From positions 1-59,450 of the forward strand of contig CAMOCO010000001.1 in the NCBI GenBank assembly GCA_946610715.1: a DNA stretch of 59,450 nucleotides. The letters are read 5' to 3'. A program made the translations under genes and the position numbers. This DNA comes from an uncultured Clostridia bacterium (GTDB lineage Bacteria; Bacillota; Clostridia; Lachnospirales; Lachnospiraceae). Positions 18,680 through 29,900 of the stretch are shown in pieces (position 1 is the first letter of the stretch; each line of letters opens with the position of its first letter). Below the pieces are notes generated by a model, which made no database searches, was not told where the DNA came from, and saw nothing but the letters and a program-made list of their open reading frames with translations.

Positions 18680-19455
18680 TGAAAAAAGGTTTTCTTATTG
18701 TAAGCAGAGGTACACTGGATGAAGATGTACGAGGCAGATATCTCAGAGAACTGGAACTGCATGTGGAGGAACGGTTTGAAAATGCAATTTTGAAAAGAGC
18801 CTTTACAAATGGGGAAATAAGGCGTAAGCTGAGAGAACTGACCGGTGAAAAGGTTCCCGGTGTAAAGGCTGCCATGCTTTCCATGAAGGAAGAAGGAGTA
18901 AATGATATTACGGTTCTTTCCACTCATGTCATTGCCGGAGATGATTACAGGCAGATGAGTGAAGATATATCCGGATGCGGCTCTCTGTTTGAGAGAATCA
19001 GAGTTGCAGGCCCCCTGGTGGAAAAGGAGCAGGATTTTGATCTGTGCGCCAGAGCGGTTCACAGTGTATTCGGTAAACATGTGGGAGACGGCTGCCTTGT
19101 TCTGATGGCGAGAGGAGCTGCAGATGAAGATGCCGAGGAAACCATACTCAGACTGGAGAAGAGTATAGGTGAGAGGTTTGGCGGAAGGGCATATATAGCA
19201 ACCTTAAACGGAAGCAGAAATCTGACGAGGGTACTGATGGATATGAGACGTCAGGGAAGAAGCGGACATGTTGTGGTGGCGCCTTTCAGTTTTATTCCCG
19301 ATGAACTGGTATATTTTCTTTCGAGCGGAGATAATTCCTATGAAGACAGACTACTGGCGCAGGGCTATGAACCGGAATGTATAGAAGAAGGCCTGGGAAT
19401 AAATGATGCATTTCTCAGACTCTATCTTAAGCATTTGTATGATGTAATTAAATAA
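18679..19455 (+). CDS. CbiK-like cobaltochelatase homolog lacking the catalytic histidines
   Basis: CbiK-like landmarks LIVSRGT, RAFTN..IRRKL, HVIAGDDY and EGLG..AF..LY..H; TGATG overlap with the upstream gene. Confidence 0.75.
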   Translation: MKKGFLIVSRGTLDEDVRGRYLRELELHVEERFENAILKRAFTNGEIRRKLRELTGEKVPGVKAAMLSMKEEGVNDITVLSTHVIAGDDYRQMSEDISGCGSLFERIRVAGPLVEKEQDFDLCARAVHSVFGKHVGDGCLVLMARGAADEDAEETILRLEKSIGERFGGRAYIATLNGSRNLTRVLMDMRRQGRSGHVVVAPFSFIPDELVYFLSSGDNSYEDRLLAQGYEPECIEEGLGINDAFLRLYLKHLYDVIK

Positions 19456-19513
19456 TCTTTAACAAAAGCATTTATGAAATGATTCGTAAGGCTTTTGGGA
19501 CGGAGGTAATGAA

Positions 19514-20872
19514 TTGAACATTATGATAGCCGGCTGCGGAAAGGTCGGTAAATCAATAGCAATGAGACTGTGCGAAGAAGGTCATCAGGTAACGGTGATT
19601 GATAAAGATGAGGTGGCGCTTCATTCGGTGACAGGCAGTCTTGATGTTATAGGATATAGAGGAGATTGTACAAGTATTGAAATTCTTAAGGAAGCAGGTA
19701 TAAAAAATACCGATCTTATGATAACCGTAACCGGTGATGATGAGAAGAATATGCTTACCTGTCTTATTGCAAGGAAAATAGGCGGCTGTCAGACAATTGC
19801 CAGAGTGAGAAGTCCGCAGTATGCTGAAGACATAAAATATATTAAGGAAGACCTGGGACTATCCATGTCCATAAATCCGGAAAGGGTTGCGGCTGACGAA
19901 ATACTAAGGCTGATTCAGATTCCTTCGGCGCTTGAAGTTGAAACATTTGCAAAGGGAAGAGTTAATCTTATCAGCTTTGCCGTTCCTTCAGGTTCGGTAC
20001 TGGACGGACTCCAACTGAAAAATCTTCATTCCAAGATAGGAATGAATGCACTTATATGTATTGCCGTGAGAGGCAACCGTGTCATTATACCGGACGGCGA
20101 ATTCGTTATGAAAGCTGACGATAAGCTTTGGGTTACCCTTTCCCTGGCAGATATAAATAAGTTTTTCAATAAGGTTGGAATAAAAACAAAAAACATAAAA
20201 AATGTATTAATTGCAGGCGGCGGTACAGTAACTTATTATCTGGCCGAAAAACTGAGCAGGCTTAAGATGGATATCAAAATAATAGAAAAGAATCCGGAAA
20301 AGGCTGAGCAGCTTGCGGAGCAGCTGCCGAAAGCAATGATAATCTGCGGAGATGCAACTGATAAGACATTGCTGACCGAAGAGGCATTGGAGGAAATGGA
20401 TGCTATATGTGCGCTTATGAATGAGGATGAAGAAAATATTCTCTTATCGCTCTATTCTCATAAGAATGCAAATGCAAAGGTTATGACCAAGATACACAGA
20501 GATTCATATATGGAACTTGTATCTGAGCTTCCGGTGGGGCAGGTCATTTCAACAAAAAAGGTTACATCGGATTATATCCTCAGATATATCAGAGCCATGC
20601 AGAACAGTATAGGAAGTGAAGTTGAAACTTTGTACAGACTCATAGAAGGAAAGGTTGAGGCTCTGGAATTTATTATCGGAGAAGGGTTCTCCGGTGCAGG
20701 AAAGAGTCTGAAGGATATTACACTTATCAGTGAAACACTTATATGCAGCATATACAGAGGCGGGAAGATTATAAGACCCGGCGGAAATGATACAATTGAA
20801 ACAGGAGACAGCGTTGTTATCGTAACAACACATGAAGGGATAAAAAGTCTTGATGAGATTATAAGGAGATAA
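19514..20872 (+). CDS. trkA: Trk potassium uptake regulatory subunit
   Basis: Two RCK domains (IAGCGKVG, IAGGGTV); TTG start with GGAGG RBS; adjacent to trkH. Confidence 0.95.
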   Translation: MNIMIAGCGKVGKSIAMRLCEEGHQVTVIDKDEVALHSVTGSLDVIGYRGDCTSIEILKEAGIKNTDLMITVTGDDEKNMLTCLIARKIGGCQTIARVRSPQYAEDIKYIKEDLGLSMSINPERVAADEILRLIQIPSALEVETFAKGRVNLISFAVPSGSVLDGLQLKNLHSKIGMNALICIAVRGNRVIIPDGEFVMKADDKLWVTLSLADINKFFNKVGIKTKNIKNVLIAGGGTVTYYLAEKLSRLKMDIKIIEKNPEKAEQLAEQLPKAMIICGDATDKTLLTEEALEEMDAICALMNEDEENILLSLYSHKNANAKVMTKIHRDSYMELVSELPVGQVISTKKVTSDYILRYIRAMQNSIGSEVETLYRLIEGKVEALEFIIGEGFSGAGKSLKDITLISETLICSIYRGGKIIRPGGNDTIETGDSVVIVTTHEGIKSLDEIIRR

Positions 20873-20880
20873 ATTCTGAA

Positions 20881-22317
20881 ATGAACTATCTGTTGATAAT
20901 TAAGTTTTTAGGCGCCCTGTTTCAATTTGAGGGGCTGTTTATGATGATGCCCGTATTCGTGGGATTATATTTTCATGAATCTTCTGTAAAATACCTTATA
21001 ATCACGGCTGCTGCAGCATTGATCATAGGAACGCTGCTCAGATGCATAAATCCCGGGTCAAATAAACTGCGATCCAGAGAAGGCTTTGTGGTAACAGCAT
21101 TATCATGGCTGGTTATGAGTATTACCGGAGCCATGCCATTTTGGCTCAGCGGGGAGATAGGTTCCTTTACAAATGCCGTATTTGAAACAGCATCGGGATT
21201 TACTACTACGGGAGCCAGCATTCTTACAGATATTGAAGCAATGTCAAAGTGTCTTCTCTTTTGGAGAAGTTTTACTCACTGGATCGGAGGAATGGGAGTT
21301 CTGGTATTTATGATGATATTCCTTAAGTCCAGTGCAGACGAAATGAATCTAATGAAGGCTGAGTCCCCCGGACCGTCTGTTGACAAGCTTGTACCGAAGG
21401 TAAGAACCACGGCATTCATTTTGTATGCAATTTATTTTACAATAACCATTATTTCAATCCTGGCTTTCTATCTGGGGGGAATGCCCCTGTTTGATTCCTT
21501 CTGCATAGGCTTCGGAGCTGCAGGAACAGGAGGCTTCGGAATTCGTGCCGACAGCTGTGCAGGCTATTCGCCCTTGTGTCAGGTACTTATTACAATTTCC
21601 ATGTTCCTGTTCGGGGTAAACTTCAAGATTTACTTTTTGATTGTATTTAAAAAATTTAAGGAAATACTTAAGTGTGAAGAGGTATTTTGGTACACGGTTA
21701 TCTATCTCGTTGCAGCAGGTATAGTAACAATTAATATAGTAAAGGATCTGGGTACTGTGGGTGAGTCAGTCAGAGCTTCATTTTTCCAGACTGCATCCAT
21801 TATGACTACAACCGGATATGCTACAGTGGACTTTGATAAATGGAATTCAATGTCGAAAGCGGTGCTGGTACTCGTAATGTTTATCGGCGCATGTGCAGGA
21901 AGCACCGGAGGCGGAATGAAGGTATCCAGATGGATTATCTATATTAAACAGATAAAGAGAGAATTATCAAAATATATTCATCCCAGATCCGTGAAAACCA
22001 TACGACTGGACTCGGATGCCGTAAATGACGATACCATAAGAGGAGCCAATGTATATATGATGGCTTATGCAATGGTATTTATAGTATCGCTGCTGATCGT
22101 ATGTATTGATGGATTCGATCTTATAACGAATTTTACATCGGTTGCGGCTACACTTAATAACATAGGACCCGGTTTGGGAGTTGTGGGGCCAACCGGTAAC
22201 TTTTCGGGATTTTCAATTCTTTCCAAGTGGACATTCATATTCGATATGATTGCCGGAAGACTGGAACTGTTTCCGGTTCTGATAATGTTCGCGCCGTCAA
22301 CATGGAGGAAAAAATAA
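20881..22317 (+). CDS. trkH: Trk potassium uptake membrane subunit
   Basis: Pore loops SGFTTTGAS, GTGGF, MTTTGY, NNIGPG; also GACAGSTGGG and GRLE. Confidence 0.95.
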   Translation: MNYLLIIKFLGALFQFEGLFMMMPVFVGLYFHESSVKYLIITAAAALIIGTLLRCINPGSNKLRSREGFVVTALSWLVMSITGAMPFWLSGEIGSFTNAVFETASGFTTTGASILTDIEAMSKCLLFWRSFTHWIGGMGVLVFMMIFLKSSADEMNLMKAESPGPSVDKLVPKVRTTAFILYAIYFTITIISILAFYLGGMPLFDSFCIGFGAAGTGGFGIRADSCAGYSPLCQVLITISMFLFGVNFKIYFLIVFKKFKEILKCEEVFWYTVIYLVAAGIVTINIVKDLGTVGESVRASFFQTASIMTTTGYATVDFDKWNSMSKAVLVLVMFIGACAGSTGGGMKVSRWIIYIKQIKRELSKYIHPRSVKTIRLDSDAVNDDTIRGANVYMMAYAMVFIVSLLIVCIDGFDLITNFTSVAATLNNIGPGLGVVGPTGNFSGFSILSKWTFIFDMIAGRLELFPVLIMFAPSTWRKK

Positions 22318-22385
22318 TTGTTCTATGGCTGTTTGAGATAAAGATATTTGACCGGGGCTGTAGAAGGCATTCTTTCTCTATTAAG

Positions 22386-22420
22386 AAACGCCGCAGTTTA
22401 TAAAACTGCGGCGTTTTCTC
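22386..22420. terminator. Bidirectional terminator with a 14-bp perfect stem
   Basis: AAACGCCGCAGTTT-ATA-AAACTGCGGCGTTT between convergent genes. Confidence 0.88.
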
Positions 22421-22477
22421 ATGGTGCGCCTAGCGGCGCACGTTTCTGTAGCATAGTGATTATTCATTTGTAACTGT

Positions 22478-23119
22478 TCAGTGTTTGATTTTCGAAAATC
22501 CTCCGGCAGATACAAGTCCGTCAAGCGGAACATTTGCCTGGCAGTAAGGACAATTATGAGATGAATATGAGGCATAACCTTCAATATCTTTCTCGTGGAA
22601 TATGGCATGAACCTCGTGACTCTCGACCATATTGGCAGCTGAGAATATAGAGGAGATTCCTGTTATTTCACCGCCGTAATATTCGATACATTCCACTGCT
22701 TTTTCAATAGTGCGTCCGGTAGTTGCGGTAGCAAGCAGGAGAAGAACGTGCTTTGAGCGGATCATCGGGATTACATTGTCCTTAAAAGTAAGCTGTCCGA
22801 CGGAATTAATCTCCGGTGTAATAACATACATTGTTCCGTGCTGGTTCATACTGATAATTCCCGATGCTGTAAGCTCTTCTGCAAGATAAGCGCCTATTAC
22901 ATCGGTTCCATCCATACATACGATGGTATCAATGACAGTTGTTGCCATATATTCGGAAGCCATGGATTTTGCAACTGCCTTTGCTTCACTGGAACGGGCT
23001 TTCAGTGTTGTCAGGTCAATATAATAATTAATGTGTGATGAAGTTGTGGCAAAATGTCCCTGTGAAACCTTAAGCTTTATCTGGTTATTATATGGTGAAT
23101 CGATTTTAAATGACTGCAT
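22478..23119 (-). CDS. Type I phosphoribosyltransferase-fold protein (PyrE-like) with an atypical PRPP loop
   Basis: GHFATTSSHINYYID, HVLLLLATATTGRT, C-terminal CPYC. Confidence 0.75.
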   Translation of the reverse strand: MQSFKIDSPYNNQIKLKVSQGHFATTSSHINYYIDLTTLKARSSEAKAVAKSMASEYMATTVIDTIVCMDGTDVIGAYLAEELTASGIISMNQHGTMYVITPEINSVGQLTFKDNVIPMIRSKHVLLLLATATTGRTIEKAVECIEYYGGEITGISSIFSAANMVESHEVHAIFHEKDIEGYASYSSHNCPYCQANVPLDGLVSAGGFSKIKH

Positions 23120-23209
23120 TTTAATATCCCCCTTATATAGTCCTATTTTAAGGACTTATTTTTGTGTATAATATAATGGTATCCAAAAGGTCCTTTTGAC
23201 ACCTATATT

Positions 23210-23238
23210 ATTATAATATAATGTGATGTAGGTGTCAA
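23210..23238 (-). promoter_or_regulatory. Consensus SigA promoter for the PRTase-fold gene
   Basis: On the - strand: TTGACA (23238-23233), 17 nt, TATAAT (23215-23210). Confidence 0.75.
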
Positions 23239-23266
23239 AGAAGCTTAATAAAATGAGGAAAAAAAT

Positions 23267-26200
23267 ATGGTTTCAGATATTGAATTATATATAGGCCCAT
23301 CAGGCTGCGGCAAATCCGAAGCTCTGACAGAAATGCTGCTCAGAGAGGCTTATGAACATCCTGACCGGAATTATATTCTCATAGTTCCGGATCAGTCCGC
23401 ATCAGGCTTTGAGCAGAGGCTGATCAGGAAAAATGATGAATTGTTTAATATTCCGGGACTTATCAATGTGGATATAATCGGTATGTCGAGACTTTCCCAT
23501 AGGATATTTGATGAGATGGATATAAGGGAATCCCAGGTGCTTGAAGAGTTTGAAAAGAACATGATGGTCAGGGCATCGGCAGCGAGAGTTGCAGATAAGC
23601 TTGAAGTGTTCGGAGCAAGTATTGATAAAAGGGGATTTATCAGTCAGGCAAAATCGCTGATCTCGGAGTTTATTCAATATGATATGTCTACCGATGATAT
23701 TAAAATGCTTGAAAGTGAATTAAAGAGCAGGGGACAGGATGCTCTAAGAGGAAAGCTTCATGATATCGGGCTCATCTATGATGATATGATGGATTATTAT
23801 CTGGCTGATGGTAAACAGGCTTTGGCAGAGGAACGAATGAAGACACTCGCAACCGTTCTGCGCAGTAAAAAGTATAGCAGGACAGTTGACGGAGCGATTG
23901 TAGCTTTTGATGAATTCAGAGGCTTTACTCCGGATCAGCTCAGTGTTATCCGGAGTCTTACAGGCAGAGCTGCAAAGCTTATTTTCAGTATTACCATGGA
24001 TACTGATATTGTAAAGCAGAGTAAGACTGTTAAGGAGCATGAGCTGTATTATCAGAGTTTTCTGACATATAAGGCTTTGCGGGACCTGAGTTGCAATTCT
24101 ATGTCGCTGAGATATTTTGAAAGAGGAAATGACATTTCCAGATTTGAAAAGGGAAGTGGACTGGAGCATCTTGAGAAAACCTTATTCCGTTTCCCGATAC
24201 GGGAATATGAAGGTGAGATAAAGGATATTGAGATCTGGGAAGCGGAGAATCCGATTTCTGAGATAAGCATAGTAGCTGAAGATATAAGAAGATCTGTGAG
24301 AAACGGCGGAAGATACAGAGATTATGCTATAGTTACCGGAGATCTGAAGGGACTGACTGCATTTGCCGGAGCGGTTTTTGATGATTATGATATACCTGTA
24401 TTTATAGATGAATCCAGAAGTCTGGGCAAGAATCCCTTTACAGAAGGCCTCATTAAGCTGCTGCAGATAATTGACAGAGATTTCAATTACGACACGGTTT
24501 TCGGTTTTATGAAACTGGGACTTGAGTGGGATTCGATAACAGAAGATCTGGATGTACTTGAGAATCATGCATTAAAGTACGGTATACGTGGTTACAATAT
24601 GTGGGATAAGCCTGTATTTCTGCCTGAAAATACCATGAAGGGAGAGCTCGGGGATGAGATAAGGGATGATATGATGAGATCCGAAAATGCCAGAAAAGAG
24701 TTCCTAAGACTCATCGCACCGATGATTCCTCTCCGAAAGGGTAAGCATCCCGTAAAGCATATTTCAGATGCACTTAGAACCATGATGTCAGATGAATATC
24801 TGGGCTATGAAAAGAAGATATCAGATATTGCCGCACTCTATGAATCAATCAAAAAATATGCCGATGCAAGAGCCATGGGAGCGCTGTTTGATAAATTAAA
24901 CGAGATTCTGGACAGCATGGACAGTCTGATGGGAGATGAGGAAGTTTCGGTTCATACATATGAAGAGATGCTTGCATCCGGCACTGAGGATATGAAGCTG
25001 GGAGTCATTCCTCCCACACTTGATGCCGTAACCGTTGCCGATGCTGACAGAAGCCGGTTGGGAAAAGTAAAGACTGTATATTTTATAAATATGAATGATG
25101 GCATAATACCGATTCCCGGAAAGAACAGCCGAATTCTCTCAGACAGAGATAAGGACTGCATAGAACAGATTTTCAGGGAAAAAGGTATAGATAAGATGCT
25201 TGCACCAAACGACCGTATGCAGAGTTATATGGAGCAGTTTTTCATATATCAGACGATGACAAAGCCTGAGTCAAAGCTTGTTATGACATATGCCGCATCG
25301 ACAAGAGAAGGAATGGCTGTGGAGCCTTCATATATTATCGGACGTATCAGAAGAATCTTTCCGAAATTAAAGATACAGAGAAAAGCCCCGAAGCTGTTTG
25401 AGGGAACCAGAGAGACGGATATATATGGATTCACGGATATTGTAAGATCAGCGATGGATATACTGAGGGACGGGAAAACATCCGATGATGATACCGGTTA
25501 TATAATGAATGAAAAATTAAGTGGCCTGATGCGGAAGATTAAAAAGTTTTCCGAAATTGATAAAGATATTTTTTCTATCGATGAAGATGCGGTTCTGTAT
25601 GATAACTCGGCTAAAGATATACCTGCCGAGCTGATAAGGAATATGAAACTCGAAATATCCGTATCCAAGATGGAGAGCTATGCCAGGTGTCCATATTCGT
25701 TTTTCCTGAATTATATACTTAAACTGGAGGAACGCACAGAAAAGAGTCTGGATAGTCTTGATATAGGTACTATTCTTCATCACGCTTTGGAACTGACGGA
25801 AAAAAGAATCAGAGCTGATTATGATAATGATTGGGAGAAAGTACCAGACTTGGAACTGCTTAAAATTTCGGATGAAGCTCTGGAAACATCGCTTTTGGAT
25901 AGTGAAGCCGTCAAATATGAAAAAGAGAGTGAGCATAAGAAGAATCTTGCAATCAGCAGTGAGTTAAAGGATATGATGCATAGAACCGTGGATGTCCTGA
26001 AATATCAAATCGGCAAGGGTGAGATGTATCCCGGGGCATTCGAACAGAGGTTTACCGCAACCTTCAGATCTCCTGATGCTGAGGGGAATGAGGTTCCGGT
26101 TATCATAAACGGAATTATAGACAGAATTGATATTGCAGAAAAAGACGATAAGCTGTTTTTCAGAATAATTGATTATAAAACAGGTGACAAAAAATTCGAC

Positions 26201-26917
26201 CCCGACAGAATTAAAGGAGGTACGGATCTCCAGCTGACGGTTTATATGGATATAATCAGAGAAATCCTTACCCGGGAGAATAAGAATAGGGATATTATCC
26301 CCTCAGGTATGTATTATTATCATGTTTCGAATTCAGATATAAAGGATCTCAGTAAAAGTGCAATTGAAAAATCGGATGGCGATGAGGAGGCAGCTGCCAT
26401 TCAAAAACAGCGAGATGATCTTAAGCTCAGGGGTGCTGTAAATGATGACAATTTCGGAGAAGGAAAGGATCATGACTATTTGCTGCTGCAGGATAAGGAT
26501 ATAATCGGCTCTGACGGAAAGATAAAAAAATCTTCGGTTATTCCCGTTGCACCGGCAGGTGTGAAATCCGATGAAACCTATTCAAAGAATACTGCAGTAA
26601 CAGGAACGGAAGGAATGACTGAGCTGGGACTGTTTGGCAGAGTGAGGATGGCGGAGATAACAAGAGATATATTTTCCGGAAGAATAGATAAGCATCCGGT
26701 GCGATATAAGGGGGACCGGGATCCGGCATGTAAGAACTGCAGCTATGCGGATATTTGCAGATTCGGTGCTCACGGGGGCGAGATTAATTATATATCCGTT
26801 TCAGGAGAAGATATAAGAACCAAGATTAAATCCATGACAGATATGATAGTAGATGAGGTAGAATATGACTCAGTGGAACGAATCCCAGACAGAAGTATTG
26901 GACAGTCTGAAAGATAA
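23267..26917 (+). CDS. addB: ATP-dependent helicase/nuclease subunit B
   Basis: GPSGCGKS, ILIVPDQ, CPY plus CKNCSYADIC (Fe-S ligands), GIIDRID..IIDYKTG. Confidence 0.95.
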   Translation: MVSDIELYIGPSGCGKSEALTEMLLREAYEHPDRNYILIVPDQSASGFEQRLIRKNDELFNIPGLINVDIIGMSRLSHRIFDEMDIRESQVLEEFEKNMMVRASAARVADKLEVFGASIDKRGFISQAKSLISEFIQYDMSTDDIKMLESELKSRGQDALRGKLHDIGLIYDDMMDYYLADGKQALAEERMKTLATVLRSKKYSRTVDGAIVAFDEFRGFTPDQLSVIRSLTGRAAKLIFSITMDTDIVKQSKTVKEHELYYQSFLTYKALRDLSCNSMSLRYFERGNDISRFEKGSGLEHLEKTLFRFPIREYEGEIKDIEIWEAENPISEISIVAEDIRRSVRNGGRYRDYAIVTGDLKGLTAFAGAVFDDYDIPVFIDESRSLGKNPFTEGLIKLLQIIDRDFNYDTVFGFMKLGLEWDSITEDLDVLENHALKYGIRGYNMWDKPVFLPENTMKGELGDEIRDDMMRSENARKEFLRLIAPMIPLRKGKHPVKHISDALRTMMSDEYLGYEKKISDIAALYESIKKYADARAMGALFDKLNEILDSMDSLMGDEEVSVHTYEEMLASGTEDMKLGVIPPTLDAVTVADADRSRLGKVKTVYFINMNDGIIPIPGKNSRILSDRDKDCIEQIFREKGIDKMLAPNDRMQSYMEQFFIYQTMTKPESKLVMTYAASTREGMAVEPSYIIGRIRRIFPKLKIQRKAPKLFEGTRETDIYGFTDIVRSAMDILRDGKTSDDDTGYIMNEKLSGLMRKIKKFSEIDKDIFSIDEDAVLYDNSAKDIPAELIRNMKLEISVSKMESYARCPYSFFLNYILKLEERTEKSLDSLDIGTILHHALELTEKRIRADYDNDWEKVPDLELLKISDEALETSLLDSEAVKYEKESEHKKNLAISSELKDMMHRTVDVLKYQIGKGEMYPGAFEQRFTATFRSPDAEGNEVPVIINGIIDRIDIAEKDDKLFFRIIDYKTGDKKFDPDRIKGGTDLQLTVYMDIIREILTRENKNRDIIPSGMYYYHVSNSDIKDLSKSAIEKSDGDEEAAAIQKQRDDLKLRGAVNDDNFGEGKDHDYLLLQDKDIIGSDGKIKKSSVIPVAPAGVKSDETYSKNTAVTGTEGMTELGLFGRVRMAEITRDIFSGRIDKHPVRYKGDRDPACKNCSYADICRFGAHGGEINYISVSGEDIRTKIKSMTDMIVDEVEYDSVERIPDRSIGQSER

Positions 26918-29900
26918 AAAGAATATTCTTGTTTCTGCGGCAGCAGGTTCGGGAAAAACCGCCGTGCTTGTAGAAAGAATAGTGAGAAGTATTGCAGAAG
27001 GAGAATGCAGTATAGATGAACTGCTCGTGGTAACATTTATGAGAGAGGCTGCATCTCAGATGAAATCGAAGATAATAAAAGCTCTCGAAGAATTGTGTGC
27101 CGATGACGGAAACGAACACCTGGTAAAGCAGCTGGCAATCTGCGACAAGGCAGATATTACAACTATTGACGGATTCTGCAACCGTATAGTAAAGGATAAC
27201 TATAATGCTGTCGGTATAGATCCCGCTTATGATTTTTATGATAATGCCCAAAAGGATCTGATCAGAAGCGATATTATGGATGAGTGCTTTGAGCAGTGGT
27301 ATAACGAAGATGATAAGTTTACGGATCTCTCGAGGATGTTCATGAAAAAAGGTTATGATGACAGTGATCTGAAGGAAACAATTATGACCCTTTTTAATGT
27401 TTCCCAGTCATATGCCGATCAAAAAGGCTTTTTCGGGAAGCTGAAGGATGAAGCAACTTCGGATAATCCGCTTGATGCGTCCTGGATAAAGTATCTGATA
27501 TCGGAAATAAACTTTACCATGGAGGATGCAAAGAAGAGGCTTGAGGATTATAGAGGCATTTACAGTTCCGTAAAGGGGGATGATGAGACGGAAGCCGGAT
27601 ATATGCTGGAACTTATAAATGCTGATATGGATTATCTGGACAGGGTAAATAATGCAAAGAATATATCGGATATTGGAATGGAGGCAAATAAGGATTTCCC
27701 CAAATTTAAAAATAAAGCAAAATGTAAGGCTGCATTCGGGAAAGCGGTTGATGAATATTCTGATTTCAGAGAGTCCTTCAGAGCTGTATTTAAAACAGCT
27801 CCCGATACGGATGAATTGAAGGAAGAACTGGAAAAGAACAGAGAAACAACATTGCAGATAATTGAATATACTGAAAAATATGCCGATAAACTGCTGAAGG
27901 AAAAGATTAAGAATAAAAAGTTCGAATTCGGTGACATAGCTCATTTTGCTTATCAGATACTCCATGACCAGGGGACAGGAAAGGCATCGAAGATTGCCGT
28001 AAATATGAGGGATACATACAAATATATCTATATTGACGAGTATCAGGACAGCAATTATCTTCAGGAAGATATTCTTAATTCTATTGCAAGAACAGATGAT
28101 AAGGGCAGACCCTATAATATTTTCATGGTCGGAGATGTGAAGCAGAGTATTTACAGATTCAGGCTGGCGAAGCCGGCACTGTTCATGGATAAGTCCGAAT
28201 TATATGAAAAAAATGAGGATGAAGGAAGACTCATAAATCTGAATGTAAATTACAGATCCAGAAGAGAGATACTTGAAGCAACAAATTATCTTTTCTACAA
28301 ACTTATGCATTATGACATCGGAAGGATTGAATATGATGACAGTGTCAGGCTGAATACTCCGGAGGATGAGGTATATCAGAGTATTTTTCCGGAGGCGGAT
28401 GAAAAGTCATATGTGGGTGGCAAACCTGAAATCATATTAATTAATGGTGATTCCGAAGATGAAGAACTGGACGAAGAAGTAAAACGCAGTCGTGATTTTA
28501 TGTCGGATAATGAGATGGAAGCCTATCTCATAGCGCAGAGGATAAATCAGCTGATAAAAGGAAAACCTGAAGAAGGCATTCAGCCCTTCAGCGTAAAAAA
28601 TGAAAAGTTTAATCCGGAACTGGCTGAATCGGATGACAATTCCAGATACAGAAATGTACGATACGGAGATATTACTATTCTCATGAATATAGTTGCCGGA
28701 GCAGACATTATGGTTACTGTTCTGGAAAAAATGGGAATACCCGTAACGCTGGTAAAGAATACAGGGTATTTTGATGCGGCGGAGATAATGACTATGCTGT
28801 CGGTGCTTTATACCATCGATAATGCCAGAAATGATATTCCATATACATCGGTATTGCTGTCGCATATCGGAGCCATGACGGAGCCTGAGCTTGCGCTTGT
28901 GGTAACCAGAAGGCCGAAACGTCGAAGATATATGTATGATATGTGCCACGATTTTGAAATGGCATATATAGATGCGGACGATGAGGAACTTAGGCATACG
29001 GCCCAAAAGCTGGCCAGGATAAATGGGCTTATAGCAGAATGGAGAAGTCTCAGATCATTTATATCCATACCGGAAATGATTGACAGGATACTGGCTGATA
29101 CGGGATATGATATATTTGTGTCATCTATGCCGGAAGGGAAAATAAGGCTGGCAAATATAAGGATGCTGAGATTCAAAGCCGAGGCCTTTGAGAAGTCGGG
29201 ATTTACAAGCTTATTTGATTTTATCAGATATATCGAAAAATGTAAGATGCATGAGCTGGATTTCGGCGAAGCAGGAACCGCGGATGTGGGAAACTCCGTG
29301 AGAATAACCAGTATTCATAAAAGCAAGGGTCTTGAGTATCCGGTTGTAATACTTGCAAGAACCGGAAAAAGATTCAATAAAAGAGATGAATATAAAACAG
29401 TGGTAATAGATGCGGATTTCGGAATAGCCCATGATGTATATAATAAGAAACCCGGTGGCCTCTGCATTCGCAATAAAAGTATAAAGAAGGAAATGATCAA
29501 AAGCATCATGGATAAGGAGATTATTTCCGAGGAAATAAGACTTCTATATGTGGCTATGACGAGAGCCAGGGAAAAGCTTATAATTACCGGAGTTGCAAGT
29601 AATGATCCGGAAAAGGCAAGCTTTGAACATGAGAAGATTCTGAAGAGTAAAAGCTTTATCGATATGATATTACCTCTCTATAATATAGATGATGCAGGTA
29701 AGTACTTTAATCTTTCCGTCATCAATAAGACCGATATGATTTCATCGATTATGGGAGAAGGTACATCCCGGAGATTATCTGATAAAACGGCATATGATAT
29801 TCTGAAAAGGATGCTTGGATCAACTAATAAGGATGAAGCGGTTGAGGCTGATAATCCATATGATTTCAGCTATAGCTACAAGGCTGCTGTTGAAACGGAA

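Noticed and set aside
22381-22608. 75-aa - strand ORF as a real gene
   Set aside because: It overlaps the PRTase-fold gene in another frame and runs through the terminator hairpins.
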